A DNA stretch of 64,000 bases from Ostreococcus lucimarinus (lineage: Eukaryota), in the NCBI GenBank assembly GCA_000092065.1, contig CP000593.1; one strand, written 5' to 3'. Positions 49,543 to 60,407 of the stretch are shown here, one piece after another; within the stretch, counting starts at the first letter, position 1, and every line of letters begins with the position of its first letter. A program made the translations under genes and the position numbers. The notes beneath the pieces are model-generated. The model worked only from the letters and a program-made list of their open reading frames with translations, made no database searches and was not told where the DNA came from.

Positions 49543-50142
49543 TCACTTTTCGACGTATCCAAAGTACGCGTACGCCGCGGTGAAGACGGCCCAGACCGGG
49601 GCGTCCCAGGCGCCGACGCCGAATGCAGTCGCGACCAAGTACAGCATCGGGAAGACGTTCAACGCGCAAAATTTCTTCACCTGCGAGGCGCCGCCGCGAA
49701 CGGCGGTGATCTTACCGGCGAACCAACCGAGCTGAGCGGTGATGATCCAAGCCTTGAAGATGGGCCAATTCGATGCGGTCATGCCGGCGTTGACGAGCGT
49801 CGGCATGATTTTCGCGAAGAGCTCGTAATTCGTCGCCGCGACGATGGTGTACGCGAGCACGGTGAACGCGCTCAGCGCCAAGAACTGCACGCTCAGCGCG
49901 GCATCTTTGAGTTTCGTGATGTACATCACCGTCGGTCGGCGCGAGACGGCGTGGGCGATGACGGACCGTCGCGGCGCCGGCGCTGACGAGGACGCCGCGA
50001 GCGCGATCGTGGCGCGCGCGCCCTTGACGGCGCGCGGTTCGCGCGTGACGCGCACCAGACGCGCTCGAGACTTTGACTCGATGCTCGCGAGCGAGCGCGA
50101 TAAGGCAGGGCGCGCGTGCGTGTTGATCGTACCGGCGAGCAT
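49543..50142 (-). CDS. hypothetical multi-pass membrane protein with transit-peptide-like N-terminus
   Basis: ATG at 50142. About 70-residue Ala/Arg/Ser-rich leader, then 3-4 hydrophobic helices (LSVQFLALSAFTVLAYTIVAA; VFPMLYLVATAFGVGAW). Confidence 0.5.
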   Translation of the reverse strand: MLAGTINTHARPALSRSLASIESKSRARLVRVTREPRAVKGARATIALAASSSAPAPRRSVIAHAVSRRPTVMYITKLKDAALSVQFLALSAFTVLAYTIVAATNYELFAKIMPTLVNAGMTASNWPIFKAWIITAQLGWFAGKITAVRGGASQVKKFCALNVFPMLYLVATAFGVGAWDAPVWAVFTAAYAYFGYVEK

Positions 50143-50405
50143 GACGAATTAGAGGATTGCGGCGGGGAGCCACAAAGTGAGGCGAAAGCGTAGAAGTGCG
50201 AGCGCACGTACCGCGATTATGAAACTAAATTTTATAATGAAACATTGACAATTGTTGATTGTTTGTACAAATGAATGTCGTCTTCGCGAGGACGAGGACG
50301 AATGCGGACAAAAGAATAGAATAGAAGACCGTCGCGAGGCCGCACCGAGCGTTGACGCGAAAAATACAAAAAGACGCACGCCTCGCGCCGATGAGTGACT
50401 GCGTC

Positions 50406-50960
50406 TCAGGCGCTCTGTGGGACGGCAGATTTGAGCCACTCGCGCATCGCGCGCTCGTTCCCCGCCGCGATGGATTCGGACGTCAACTTGGCGACGTTGT
50501 GCCACTCGAAATCCTCCTCCGCGTACGCGCGACGAACCGCCATGATCCGCTCCGCCAGCGTCGGATTCACTCGCGTCAGCGCGATCAACCACTGTTCGCC
50601 GTCGCGCACGGGATTCGCCTCGAGATAGTCGAGCAAAAACTCGTGCGACGTCGTCACTCGTCTCGCTTCTCCTTCGCCGTCCTCGCCGGCGTCCTCGCCC
50701 GCGACCGACCGACGCGGCGCCACGTTTTCGAGCTGCGAGATCACGATCCACGCCGACACGTACGTCAACATCGCGTTCATGAGCTCGCTCGCTCTGCGCT
50801 CGGGCGACACGCCTCCGAACGCGCCCGCGGGGACGAACATCTTTTCGTCATCCCCGAGCGAACGGCGGCGCGCGAACCGACGCGAGCGACGCGAGGGACG
50901 CGAGATGCCGACGCGCGCGGGCGCGGGCGAAGCGACCGTCACCGCGGTGAACGTCGTCAT
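50406..50960 (-). CDS. RbcX-like RuBisCO assembly chaperone (tentative) with transit peptide
   Basis: ELMNAMLTYVSAWIVISQLENVAP and LIALTRVNPTLAERIMAVRRAYAEEDFEWHNV resemble the RbcX helix 1-2 and helix 4 regions. ATG at 50960. Confidence 0.5.
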   Translation of the reverse strand: MTTFTAVTVASPAPARVGISRPSRRSRRFARRRSLGDDEKMFVPAGAFGGVSPERRASELMNAMLTYVSAWIVISQLENVAPRRSVAGEDAGEDGEGEARRVTTSHEFLLDYLEANPVRDGEQWLIALTRVNPTLAERIMAVRRAYAEEDFEWHNVAKLTSESIAAGNERAMREWLKSAVPQSA

Positions 50961-51127
50961 CGGCGGCGCGCGCGGTCGAGGGCGGCGCGCGGTCGAGGGC
51001 GGCGGGCTGTGGGACGCGCCGCACTCCCGGGTTGTACCGTTGTACCCTAACTAACTTTTCCAGACGCAGGCGAGGCGCGCGCGAACGGGACGAAGGCTCG
51101 TCGACTGATATGATACGACATGAATCT

Positions 51128-53569
51128 CTAGGACGGTGGCGCGCGACGGCGCCAGCGAATTAAGACGGAGTCGAACATGGGCCAGTTGGCGCACGGAAGC
51201 GTCTCGTCGCGGTCGAAGGCGGCTTCGAGCTCGCGTTGGAATTCTCGGGAAAAACTCATGCCCGTGGCGGTGGTTCCGGGGGCGTAATCGCCAAATGTGT
51301 GATCTCGCCATTCGCCAATCGTGATGATGGTGTCGCCGGTGTAGTTGTCGAGCGTGGCGGTGGCGTAGTCGCCTTCGCCCGCGATGTCGATCCAGGAGAG
51401 CAGGAGCGCTCTGTCGGCGTGCTTGGCCGCACTTTCGGGACCGCCTTTACGTATTCCGTCGAACCAATTCACTTCGGTGAGCTTCGAGGCGCCAATTTTC
51501 GCAGCGCCGCCGTCTTGGTACTCTTCGTCGAACGTCGGCGTGTCGTACGCGATGATATCGACGCCTCGCTCGGCAAGCCGACGAGCCCACAATCCGCCGC
51601 CGGCGCCAACTTCGACGAGCGGCGCGCACTCGGCCAAGAAATCGAGCGCGATCGACGTGGGGACGCTGCAAGCGTGGCGACGCTTGAGCGCCGCGGCCTC
51701 GGCGCCAATGGAGTTAAGATCGGTGATATCTAAGATACCGCACGTCGCCCACTGCGAGAGCAACCACGCGCCCCACTGCTTAACCTTGCACGTGTACACA
51801 CCCGGAAGGAGCATCTCGCCCTCTTTACCGTTGTGCGGGTGCTCCTCTCCGGCGCTGCCATCTATCTCCAAGTCTGCCATGCGTTCAAGGTCGGCATACG
51901 CGGATGCATCGCACGTGGGTATGGTGTCAAACGGCCACGTCTGCGCGTTCGTCGCCGCGCGATTCGCGACGTCATCTTCGGTGTGACCCATCAACCACAG
52001 GTACGCCAAGTTGATCGTCTGTATGTGCGCCGCGACAGGCAGCGCGTCCTCGATCTGTCGAGCATAACGAGCAACTGTTGGGAGCATGGCTTCCACTTTA
52101 GGCCGGCGCTTTCGGAGCTCATGTAACCAACGACAGCCATGACTTTTGCACGTGACGCACTTTGGATCTTCGCACAAGCCCTCTTTCCGCGTCACCGCGG
52201 TGCGCGTCACATCGCGAACAACGGCGTCTAATCTCACCGATGACTCCGCAAATGCTTTTGTCGCGATTCTCCGTTCACCAGAACGCACGAGAAGAGCTAA
52301 ACGTCGCTTGTAAGGCACGTCCGCGAACGGTTTTGCCAATTCGGTGGCGTCGCTCTCGGCGTCGCCGACGGTGAAGCCTTCGCACACGTCTTGGAAGATC
52401 AGCTTGAGCGACGCCAACGCGGCCATTTCGTTCGCCTTGGATATGTACGTGTTGCCGGTTTTGTCGTTTGCACTAGCCATGATCGCCTTGCGCACCTCTG
52501 GATCCGCTAACTCCTCGTCGCCGAGCTGCTGCACGCGCGCCATCATGCGCAGCGGCGGCGGCAACGGCTCGCGCTCGGGCACGGTGTGCTTGACGATGAA
52601 CTCCGCGGTCGATTCTTCTACTTCTAATTCTTCCGCACTGGGCGTATACAGTTGCTGGTACAGCATGGGCAAATACGGTTCGGCGTAATCGCCGCTCTCG
52701 CGCCACCGAGCGTCGATGTCTTGCAGATACGCCACCGCGCTCGCTCGAAGCGCGGTCTCCAACACCGTCTTTCTGAGCTTATCGACCGTAATCGTGAGGG
52801 TCACGTCTAACTCCTCGTAAGGGTTGTCATCGATGCAAAACCCATACCACGTCAAAAGCTTTGAATTCGCCGCCTCACCACTGCCGTAGGAAATAAACGC
52901 TTGCTCGCCCGCCTTGTAGTCGTCCGCGGCGTACACCGTGACGCAGTTCTTCTCCGCGTTAAGCTTGTGCGTCTTCCCCAACGGCGCCTTCGCGCTGTGA
53001 TTAAAAATATCAAACGTCGGCACCATCGCCCGAGTCCGCTTCCCGTCCGGCATCAACAAATCGCACTGCCTCGACCATAAATTCGACCTCGCCCACGCGT
53101 ATCGCTCGTAATCGACCTCGTGTTCGCGCATCCACCCCCCCTCCCCGATCGCCTCCATTTTTTTCGTCAGCGTCTCGTAATCATTTTTCGTCTCCTCCCT
53201 CAGATTCATCGTCTCCCTCAGGCACGTCGTTCCCGTCAGCTCTCGCAGCTCTTCCTCGCTCCAGAAGAACGCCGTGTCGAAGCTTCGCGGCAGCGTCGCC
53301 ACGTGCGCCGCGCGCGTCGCCTTTTCACCCCTGAACCGCTCCGCGCACACGTGCAGCGCGACGACATCGTCGTGTCGCGCGCAGCACGACGCGACGCGCT
53401 TCACCGCGTCGTCCTCCAGCGCCGCCGCGAGCGTGAACCCGCGCTCGAGCGGAATCTCCAGCAGCACCTCCCCTCGCGCGCAATCGCGCAGCGCGCGCTG
53501 CCCGCGCCCGGTGTCCGCGAAATCGTGCGCCTCGACGCGTCGCGCGAGCGTCGCGTCGTCGCGCGCCAT
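51128..53569 (-). CDS. SET-domain protein-lysine methyltransferase (RuBisCO-LSMT/SETD-like) fused to a C-terminal Rossmann-fold (class I) methyltransferase-like domain
   Basis: SET: GEVLLEIPLERGF...VPTFDIFNHS...GEQAFISYGSGEAANSKLLTWYGFC, then an LSMT-like substrate-binding region. C-terminal class I motif LVEVGAGGGLWARRLAERGVDIIAYD. The upstream 285 codons of the track ORF are Arg-rich and trimmed to the ATG at 53569. Confidence 0.7.
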   Translation of the reverse strand: MARDDATLARRVEAHDFADTGRGQRALRDCARGEVLLEIPLERGFTLAAALEDDAVKRVASCCARHDDVVALHVCAERFRGEKATRAAHVATLPRSFDTAFFWSEEELRELTGTTCLRETMNLREETKNDYETLTKKMEAIGEGGWMREHEVDYERYAWARSNLWSRQCDLLMPDGKRTRAMVPTFDIFNHSAKAPLGKTHKLNAEKNCVTVYAADDYKAGEQAFISYGSGEAANSKLLTWYGFCIDDNPYEELDVTLTITVDKLRKTVLETALRASAVAYLQDIDARWRESGDYAEPYLPMLYQQLYTPSAEELEVEESTAEFIVKHTVPEREPLPPPLRMMARVQQLGDEELADPEVRKAIMASANDKTGNTYISKANEMAALASLKLIFQDVCEGFTVGDAESDATELAKPFADVPYKRRLALLVRSGERRIATKAFAESSVRLDAVVRDVTRTAVTRKEGLCEDPKCVTCKSHGCRWLHELRKRRPKVEAMLPTVARYARQIEDALPVAAHIQTINLAYLWLMGHTEDDVANRAATNAQTWPFDTIPTCDASAYADLERMADLEIDGSAGEEHPHNGKEGEMLLPGVYTCKVKQWGAWLLSQWATCGILDITDLNSIGAEAAALKRRHACSVPTSIALDFLAECAPLVEVGAGGGLWARRLAERGVDIIAYDTPTFDEEYQDGGAAKIGASKLTEVNWFDGIRKGGPESAAKHADRALLLSWIDIAGEGDYATATLDNYTGDTIITIGEWRDHTFGDYAPGTTATGMSFSREFQRELEAAFDRDETLPCANWPMFDSVLIRWRRRAPPS

Positions 53570-53635
53570 GTCGCGCGTCGCGAATCCGCGTCGACGCGCC
53601 GTCGCGGAGTGACGCGCGAGAGACGACGGCACTGC

Positions 53636-54529
53636 ATGGCGCCGCCGCGCGTCGCGCGCGTCGACGTCGCGCGAACGAGCGTCGCGCCGCGACGCGCGCG
53701 ACCGTCGCGCGCGTCGACGATGCGCGCGACCGCGCGCGCGACGGCGACGGCGCTGGCGCACGCGGACGCGGACGCGGGCGGGACGTACGCGTTCGAGCGC
53801 GAGACGACGGTGACGCGCGTCGCGACGCGCGACGACGGCGGACACGAGATGACGCTGGCGTCCACGATCGCGCACCCGGCCGGAGGCGGGCAACCGAGCG
53901 ACTCGGGACGGGTCGTCGGCGCGAACGGGCGAGCGTGGGCGTTCGACGCGGCGACGCGGCGGCGCGAGACGGGCGAGGTGGCGCACGCGGGAAGGACGAA
54001 GCCGCCGTTCGAGGTCGGCGATGCGTGCCGAGTGACGATCGACGGCGCGAAGCGCGTGCTGCACGCGAGGATACACTCCGCGGGACACGCGCTGGACGTG
54101 GCGATGATTCGCGCGGGGTTGCCGCCGACGACGCTGACGCCGACGAAGGGGGTCCACGAACCGGCGCTGGCGTACGTGGAGTATAAAGGGAAAGTCGACC
54201 CGGAGCACGAGTTGGCGGACGCGAACGCGCTGATGGCGCGATTGAACGCGGAGATGGCGAAGTTGATCGCGGAAGACGGGGCGTCGGCGGCGGCGGAGAT
54301 GACGTACGACGAGGCGAAGGCGGCGTGCGGGGGAGAGCTGCCGGCGTTCATCGCGCCGGATATGACGCCGAGGATCGTGACGATCGTGCCGGATACTCCA
54401 GGGTGTCCTTGTGGGGGGACGCACGTCGCGAGGATGTCGGAGATTCAGGATTTTAAGATGACGGGCGTGCGCGTGAAGAAAGGAGTCACGAGGCTTTCGT
54501 ACGCTATTCCTGGAATGGCGACGTGGTGA
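53636..54529 (+). CDS. AlaX-like aminoacyl-tRNA trans-editing protein (alanyl-tRNA synthetase editing-domain homolog) with presequence
   Basis: TIAHPAGGGQPSDSG, HSAGHALD, PCGGTHVARMSEIQDFKMTGVRVKKGVTRLSY. In-frame ATGs at 53636 and 53720; the upstream ORF part overlaps the SET gene. Confidence 0.7.
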   Translation: MAPPRVARVDVARTSVAPRRARPSRASTMRATARATATALAHADADAGGTYAFERETTVTRVATRDDGGHEMTLASTIAHPAGGGQPSDSGRVVGANGRAWAFDAATRRRETGEVAHAGRTKPPFEVGDACRVTIDGAKRVLHARIHSAGHALDVAMIRAGLPPTTLTPTKGVHEPALAYVEYKGKVDPEHELADANALMARLNAEMAKLIAEDGASAAAEMTYDEAKAACGGELPAFIAPDMTPRIVTIVPDTPGCPCGGTHVARMSEIQDFKMTGVRVKKGVTRLSYAIPGMATW

Positions 54530-54583
54530 CGTCGCGCGAGGGAAGAAGGAATTGTAATTTCAAAAGAAAGAATTGTCGTTTAC

Positions 54584-55858
54584 TCACTCTGTGGATTCGA
54601 ACATCGCGCGCAGGGTGTTCTTGGCCGCCAGGCGCTTCTCTTCTTCGGATACGAGTTCGCCGAAGTAATCCAAGCGCTCCGCGTGCGAGTCCATCTGGAC
54701 CAGATATTGGAACGGGTAGATGGCTGAGTTCAACAGCTCGACGCGTTCTTCGCCGTATTGTTCGTTCATGCGCTGAATCTCAGCTCTGATATCGTCCGGA
54801 ATGCTCTCGAAAGATAATTGCAGTTGGCGGCCGTCGGATAAGTCGACGCCCGAGTCTTCGAGAAACTTGCGCAACATTTTCTGAATCCCCGCTTGCAATT
54901 CGTTCTCGCGATGCGTCACGCGGCTTTGCAGCAAGCTTTGCCACAGGTTGACCAAGCGCCAGAATCCCATCTTTCCGCGCTTGGCGCTGATGGGCGCCGC
55001 GAGCTCGACGTCTTTGGTGAATCGAATAGGCTCGTCCACTTTTTCTTGCATGTCGATGAGCGCGCGGAATCGCTCCTCGAGCGCCGTCTCCTTGTTCGTG
55101 AAATCGTCGTCCAAGTCGCAATCTTCGAACTTTTCCGTGACAACCTTCAAGAACGAGCTGCGATCGCCCCACACGCGATCGTTCAGCGACCGCACCACTC
55201 GCACGCGCTCGATGACGGTGTGCGAGCACACGAATTTCACCTGGTCGTTGGTCTGCTCGCTCACCTCCTTCAAATCGTCCAGGTAAAACACCGCCGCGAC
55301 GGACGCGAACTTCCCCGGCTCGTTCGGCGCGCACATCGGCACCACGAATCTCCGCGAGCCGTTGAACAGAATCTCGTTGTACATGCTTCGATACCTCGGT
55401 TCAAAGATATTCAGCACGTGTTCCGTGTCCGGCAGATACACGTGACTCCCGAGCGGAAACATCGGCATCACCAGCTCTCCCTCCGCGAGCGTCGGCGATT
55501 CCTCCGTCTCCCTTCGCACGTCCATCACCGGCATCCACCGCACCTTTCCCGCCCAATCCCTCGGCGCGCTCTCGTCGAACGACCCCGACGCGTCGTCCGC
55601 CTCCTCGTCGTCCTCGTCCTCGTCGTCGCCCCTCGCGCCGCGCGCGAACCCTCGCGCGTCGTTCCATCGCCGCGCGTCCCGCCCGCGACGCTCGCGACGT
55701 CGACCCGGTCCCGCGCGTCGCGCGTCTCGTCCGCGCGGCGCGCAGAGCGTCGTCGCGCGCGCGCCGTTCGCGCGCGCGCTCGACGCGAATCGCGATGACG
55801 TCGTCGGCGCGTGCGTCGCGCACCATCGCGCCGTGTGCAGCGCGCGCGCGGCGAGCAT
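54584..55858 (-). CDS. LON N-terminal (substrate-binding) domain protein with transit-peptide-like leader
   Basis: LVMPMFPLGSHVYLPDTEHVLNIFEPRYRSMYNEIL matches the Lon N-domain signature. No AAA+ or protease domain follows. Confidence 0.65.
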   Translation of the reverse strand: MLAARALHTARWCATHAPTTSSRFASSARANGARATTLCAPRGRDARRAGPGRRRERRGRDARRWNDARGFARGARGDDEDEDDEEADDASGSFDESAPRDWAGKVRWMPVMDVRRETEESPTLAEGELVMPMFPLGSHVYLPDTEHVLNIFEPRYRSMYNEILFNGSRRFVVPMCAPNEPGKFASVAAVFYLDDLKEVSEQTNDQVKFVCSHTVIERVRVVRSLNDRVWGDRSSFLKVVTEKFEDCDLDDDFTNKETALEERFRALIDMQEKVDEPIRFTKDVELAAPISAKRGKMGFWRLVNLWQSLLQSRVTHRENELQAGIQKMLRKFLEDSGVDLSDGRQLQLSFESIPDDIRAEIQRMNEQYGEERVELLNSAIYPFQYLVQMDSHAERLDYFGELVSEEEKRLAAKNTLRAMFESTE

Positions 55859-56001
55859 GTCGCGGGCGCGGCGTCCGGAGCGCTCGCGCGCTCGCTCGCG
55901 TCCGGAGCGCTCGCTCGCGTCGCGCGCGTCGCGTCGCGCTCTGCCGGCGCCGGTCAGTCGTCGTCGTCGTCGTCGATCGGCATCGCGCGACGCCGCGCGC
56001 G

Positions 56002-56163
56002 ATGGATCTCCGACGCGACGCCCGCGCGGACGGCGCGTTCGCGCGCGAGTTCGCGCGTCGCGCCGTCGGCGCGACGGACGACGCGCGCGCGATGGCGTCG
56101 AGCGCGGCCGCGCACGCGTTCGTTCGCGATCGAATCGCCGCGCGATTGCGCGCGCGCGACGAC

Positions 56164-56211
<48 letters not shown>

Positions 56212-59007
56212 TACGAGCGCGACCCGGTGCGGGCGATCATGCGCGACGCGGGCGCGGAGGATTCGGATTCGGATTCGGATTCGGCGCGCTCGAGCGACGA
56301 CGGCGGACGCGAACGACGCGAGGCGACGGCGACGACGCGCGGCGAGCGGGGCGTCGTCGAGCGGTGGATGGCGAAGAAACGGGACGTGCACGAGAGACAC
56401 AGCGGACGAGGGACGATACAGGTGTCGATGGCGTTTGAGATCATATCGACGAAGGCGAAGGGGAGCGCGGGCGTGGAGGCGCGATTGGCGGAGTTGGAGA
56501 ACACGGCGACGGGCGCGAACGCGCAGACGCACAGGATATCGCAGCAAGAGTACGTGACGCGGTTGCACAGGCTGAACGAGGACATCGCGAACGCGTGGTT
56601 GGCGGAGGATCGGGTGAACGCGCTGAAATTGTGCGTCAAGGTGGCGAAACTGTTGGGCGACACAAAGGTCGGGAAGTTTTATCCAGTGCTGTTCGTGCTG
56701 GTGACGGAGGTGATCGAGACCGTGGGTCGGTTGGTGTACGATCGGATATTGCGGAAATCCGAGGAGTCGACGTCGGAGGGGGGGACGAAGGCGTTGCCGG
56801 AGGACTTTAAGGCGTCGCGCGTGAGAACGGTGGCGAAGAATACGTGCAGAAATTGGTTTTACAAAATCGCCACCATCCGGGACATCGTGCCGCGGATTTA
56901 CATGGAGCTCGCGCTATTTAAGTGCTATAGATTCATTCAAGACGAGCCGCCGACGGTGCAAATACGACGACTGATGAAGATGTCTCGCGGAGTGGCGGAT
57001 CCGCTCGCGGCGGCGTACGTTCGCATGTACATCGCAAAGTGCGCCCTGGCGTACGGCTGCGAGACCGAAGACAGCGCGATGACGTTGGAAATATTGAAAG
57101 AGTTCATGCCGTCCTACGTGAACGTGCTCGACGAGACCGCTGACGAGGACCCAGCGACAGCTTACATTTTCCGGCTCGGCTTGCGCCGAACCGAGTACTC
57201 GGAACTCATGGATCCCGCCATGGAGTGGCTAATCGAGTGTTGCGCGACGAACCCCAACCCGTCGCTGCTGCATAAAGTGCTGTATATGGGCGGTGAAACT
57301 CCGCCAGTGCCGTTCCTTCGCGCCGTGTTTCGCTCCTTGTCGCCGACGGTCGTTCGCGAAAACGCCCTCAAGCTCATCGCGCTCGTGGGCGCGACGTCCA
57401 CGGATGAAGATTCACTCGAGCATAGGGACGCCATGGCTGATTGCTATCGAACCCTCGTCGATAAGTTTGATGTCATCGCGCCAAACGAAGGCGATCGGTT
57501 GGCGATATTAGGCGACGTTTGGCGCGTCGTGCAGAAATGGACTCACGTGGAACCGTATTTGCGCGTCGCCGAGCGGTTTTTGCTCTACGTCATCAAGTAT
57601 CTCGCGCAAGGTGAACTTGAGACGTTGATGAAGGACGTTGCGAGACACGTGCACGCACACTTAGCCCAAGCTAAAGAGCGCGAGCCGACGAAATCGGCCG
57701 AATTACCCGCCGAGGCGATGCGCTGCGTTGAGCGGGCGTTACGCGTCGTCACCGATCAATTTCGCGACGTCGATTACCTCGTCTCCTTGAAGTGGTACGT
57801 GTACCTCGGCGAAATATTAGGCGGTGAAGCCAAGGTGAAATTTAGCGCCGCTCTTCTGAAGTGTGGGTCGAGCGCTGGATCCATCTCGGATCCCATGTGT
57901 TTGCACACCCTGCTAGAAGCCGCGAGAACGGTACACGACGATATCGACGGCATGAGCTCGGAAGAATCGCGCGCCGAAGCTGAAAGCTTGGTCGTGGACT
58001 TCATCAACAACGTCAGCTTTGCCGGTGACTTCGAGGCGCACTTGAACTTCCTTGTCACCGCTCGAAGCGCGTTCGCAAACTTGGACATGGCGCAAGAAAT
58101 TTTAGTATACCACGCGATTTCTCTGATGACGAGTGTGTACGAGCGCGTGGGCGTCGAACACACGAACAAGACGAAAGCCTTCGTCAACGCCTGCACGGCG
58201 TACTGTCAAATCACGATACCCAGTGTGCGTGGAGTCAATGTTCGCCTACAACTGTTCATGCTCACCGCGCAAGCGGCGATCGTGCACGGATTGATTCAGC
58301 AAGTGGATGGTCTGATTCGCAGCGCGGTGACGGATGCGCAAGAGAGCGGCGGCGAAACCGCCGTGGGCGGATGGATCGATCTTCCCACCGATCGCGCCGG
58401 CGCTGAGATGCTAGATTTCGTTCGGCGATGCAGTGCTCTTCTCGTGGTACAGCCAGGGAATTTAGAAAAAGGAGCATTCTTGGTCTTCCGCGGGTTGATG
58501 AAAGTCGTGGAGGATTTCGATTGGGAGCCGTCGAGCGCCGACGAAGTTCGCGCGTACGTCTCGTTGATCCCCATGATCACTGCCATGGCGCAAGAGACGA
58601 TACCCTTTAAAATCGACGGCTTACAGTCCAACGACGTGCTATTCGCCGGAGAGGAGGCGTACGTGGAAGAAGCCACCGAGCTCGCGCACGAACTCATCCA
58701 GCGAGCGACGGATTTAGCCGGCAACGAATCATCGCTCGCAGACGACGACGGCGAGGATGACCAAGCCGAGACCACGCACAAGTCTCGCGCGCGTGAATTC
58801 GCGCGCGTCAACGTCGAGCTCGCGGAGGTGATCGCGATGACGTGCAAACCTTCGCCGGAGATGCTCGCGCTCGCCGCCGGCGTCGTCGATCGAGCGCGAC
58901 GCCTCTTGCCCCCAGACGTCGTCGACCCGGTCGCGGCGTACGTCCACCGACTCCTCGACGACGCGCCGATGGACGTCGACGTCGACGCGCCTCGCGCGCG
59001 CGAGTAG
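56002..59007 (+). CDS. large conserved alpha-helical protein, possibly VPS35L/retriever-subunit-like
   Basis: Non-repetitive 800-residue C-terminal body (YVTRLHRLNEDIANAWLAEDRVNALKLCVKVAKLLGDTKVGKFYPVLFVLVTEVIETVGRLVYDRI...). Start chosen at ATG 56002 to avoid overlap with the divergent LON-domain gene; it could be further downstream. The family name is a weak guess. Confidence 0.5.
56166..56210. repeat. (GAC)15 microsatellite encoding a poly-Thr15 tract
   Basis: gacgacgac...gac, in the N-terminal region of the 56002..59007 ORF. Confidence 0.8.
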
Positions 59008-59057
59008 CCCATCGCGTGTATTTATAGTCGTATTCGCCACACGCCGCCTCGCGCGCG

Positions 59058-60140
59058 ATGCGCGTCCTCGTCCTCGTCCTCGCCCTCGTCCTCCCGCGCG
59101 CCGCGCTCGGCCTCGAGTTCGACCCGTCGTCGTGGATGAACGCCACGCGCGATCGCGCGCTCGGCGCGCTCACGCTTCCCGGCTCGCACGACAGCGCGAC
59201 GCAGTACCTGAGTCCAAAGCTCCAACCGGGACGCGCGGGACAGCTTCCGCGCTGGGTCGACGACGCCGTCCGGCTCGCCGAATCGATCGGGGTGCCCGCG
59301 GATCAACTCGTGCGTCGGTGGGCGCGCGCGCAGTCCGCGCGCGTGGGCGCGCAGTTGCGACTGGGGGCGCGGTACGTCGACTTGCGAAGCGGTTGGGACG
59401 GCGACGAGGGCGTCTGGCGTGCGCACCACGCGCTCGAGGGACAGGCGGTGGATGAAATCTTGGAGGAAGTGAAAGTGTTTCTGGTGGAACAACCTTCGGA
59501 GGTGGTGATCGTGGAGTTGAGTCACTTTTACGGCGATCCGAGCGAGAGCGCGGTGGAGCGCTTGGCGACGGCGGCGACGGAAATCTTCGGAGACATGCTC
59601 GCGCCGTATCCAGGAGACGCGCGCGCGGCGCTGTACGACGCGCAGCTCGGGAAAGATTACGTCGACGTCAATCATCGCGCGATCGTCGTGTTCGAGGACG
59701 CGAACGTCGGCAAGAGATTCAAACTGTGGCCCCGCGAGACGCTGACGAATACGTACGCCGATTCCGACGACGCCCGCGCGATGGCCGCCTTCAACCGCGA
59801 CGTCGTCGCGGCCTTCAACGAGAAATCATTCCGCGATGACGCACTCTTAAAGCTCAGCTGGACGCTCACCCCACAAGCGTCGACGGTCGTTCGATCGTTG
59901 AACATCTTTGAGAAGAATCCAAAGTCGCTTCTCGAGCTCGCGTCTTCGCGCGCGAACCCGCCGTTGCGCGATTTCGCCGCCGACGCCGCGCTCCACGCGT
60001 GTTCGCTCGCCCACATCGTCGTCGTCGATGATTTCGACCATTCATCCGTCGTGGATATCGTCTTAGCCTCCAACGTCCACGGCATGTTCCCGAAAGGCGC
60101 GTGCGCGTGGTCCGCCGCCGCGCTCGCCTCCGAGCGCTGA
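59058..60140 (+). CDS. PI-PLC X-domain-containing protein (PLCXD-like) with signal peptide
   Basis: MRVLVLVLALVLPRAALG signal. X-box LTLPGSHDSATQ...LRLGARYVDLR. ATG at 59058. Confidence 0.75.
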   Translation: MRVLVLVLALVLPRAALGLEFDPSSWMNATRDRALGALTLPGSHDSATQYLSPKLQPGRAGQLPRWVDDAVRLAESIGVPADQLVRRWARAQSARVGAQLRLGARYVDLRSGWDGDEGVWRAHHALEGQAVDEILEEVKVFLVEQPSEVVIVELSHFYGDPSESAVERLATAATEIFGDMLAPYPGDARAALYDAQLGKDYVDVNHRAIVVFEDANVGKRFKLWPRETLTNTYADSDDARAMAAFNRDVVAAFNEKSFRDDALLKLSWTLTPQASTVVRSLNIFEKNPKSLLELASSRANPPLRDFAADAALHACSLAHIVVVDDFDHSSVVDIVLASNVHGMFPKGACAWSAAALASER

Positions 60141-60407
60141 ACGCGCCGAACTTTAGATTGTCGCACCTTCCCCTAGTCACCCAAGCACGAACGATTGACG
60201 AGTTTCAACGCTCATCGATGGACGCATCGAGCGTAGCCCATCGCGATCGACATCACGCATCGACGCGCTAGGCCCGATCGAGCGCGGTTTACTTTGCGCG
60301 GCTCGCGGCTCCGCAATGATTGGTGTTGGGACGTCCCGCGTGACTTCGTGCCTCGGCGCCGCGCCGCGCCTCGCCCGGCGCCGCGCGCGCGGTGAACGAC
60401 GACGACG

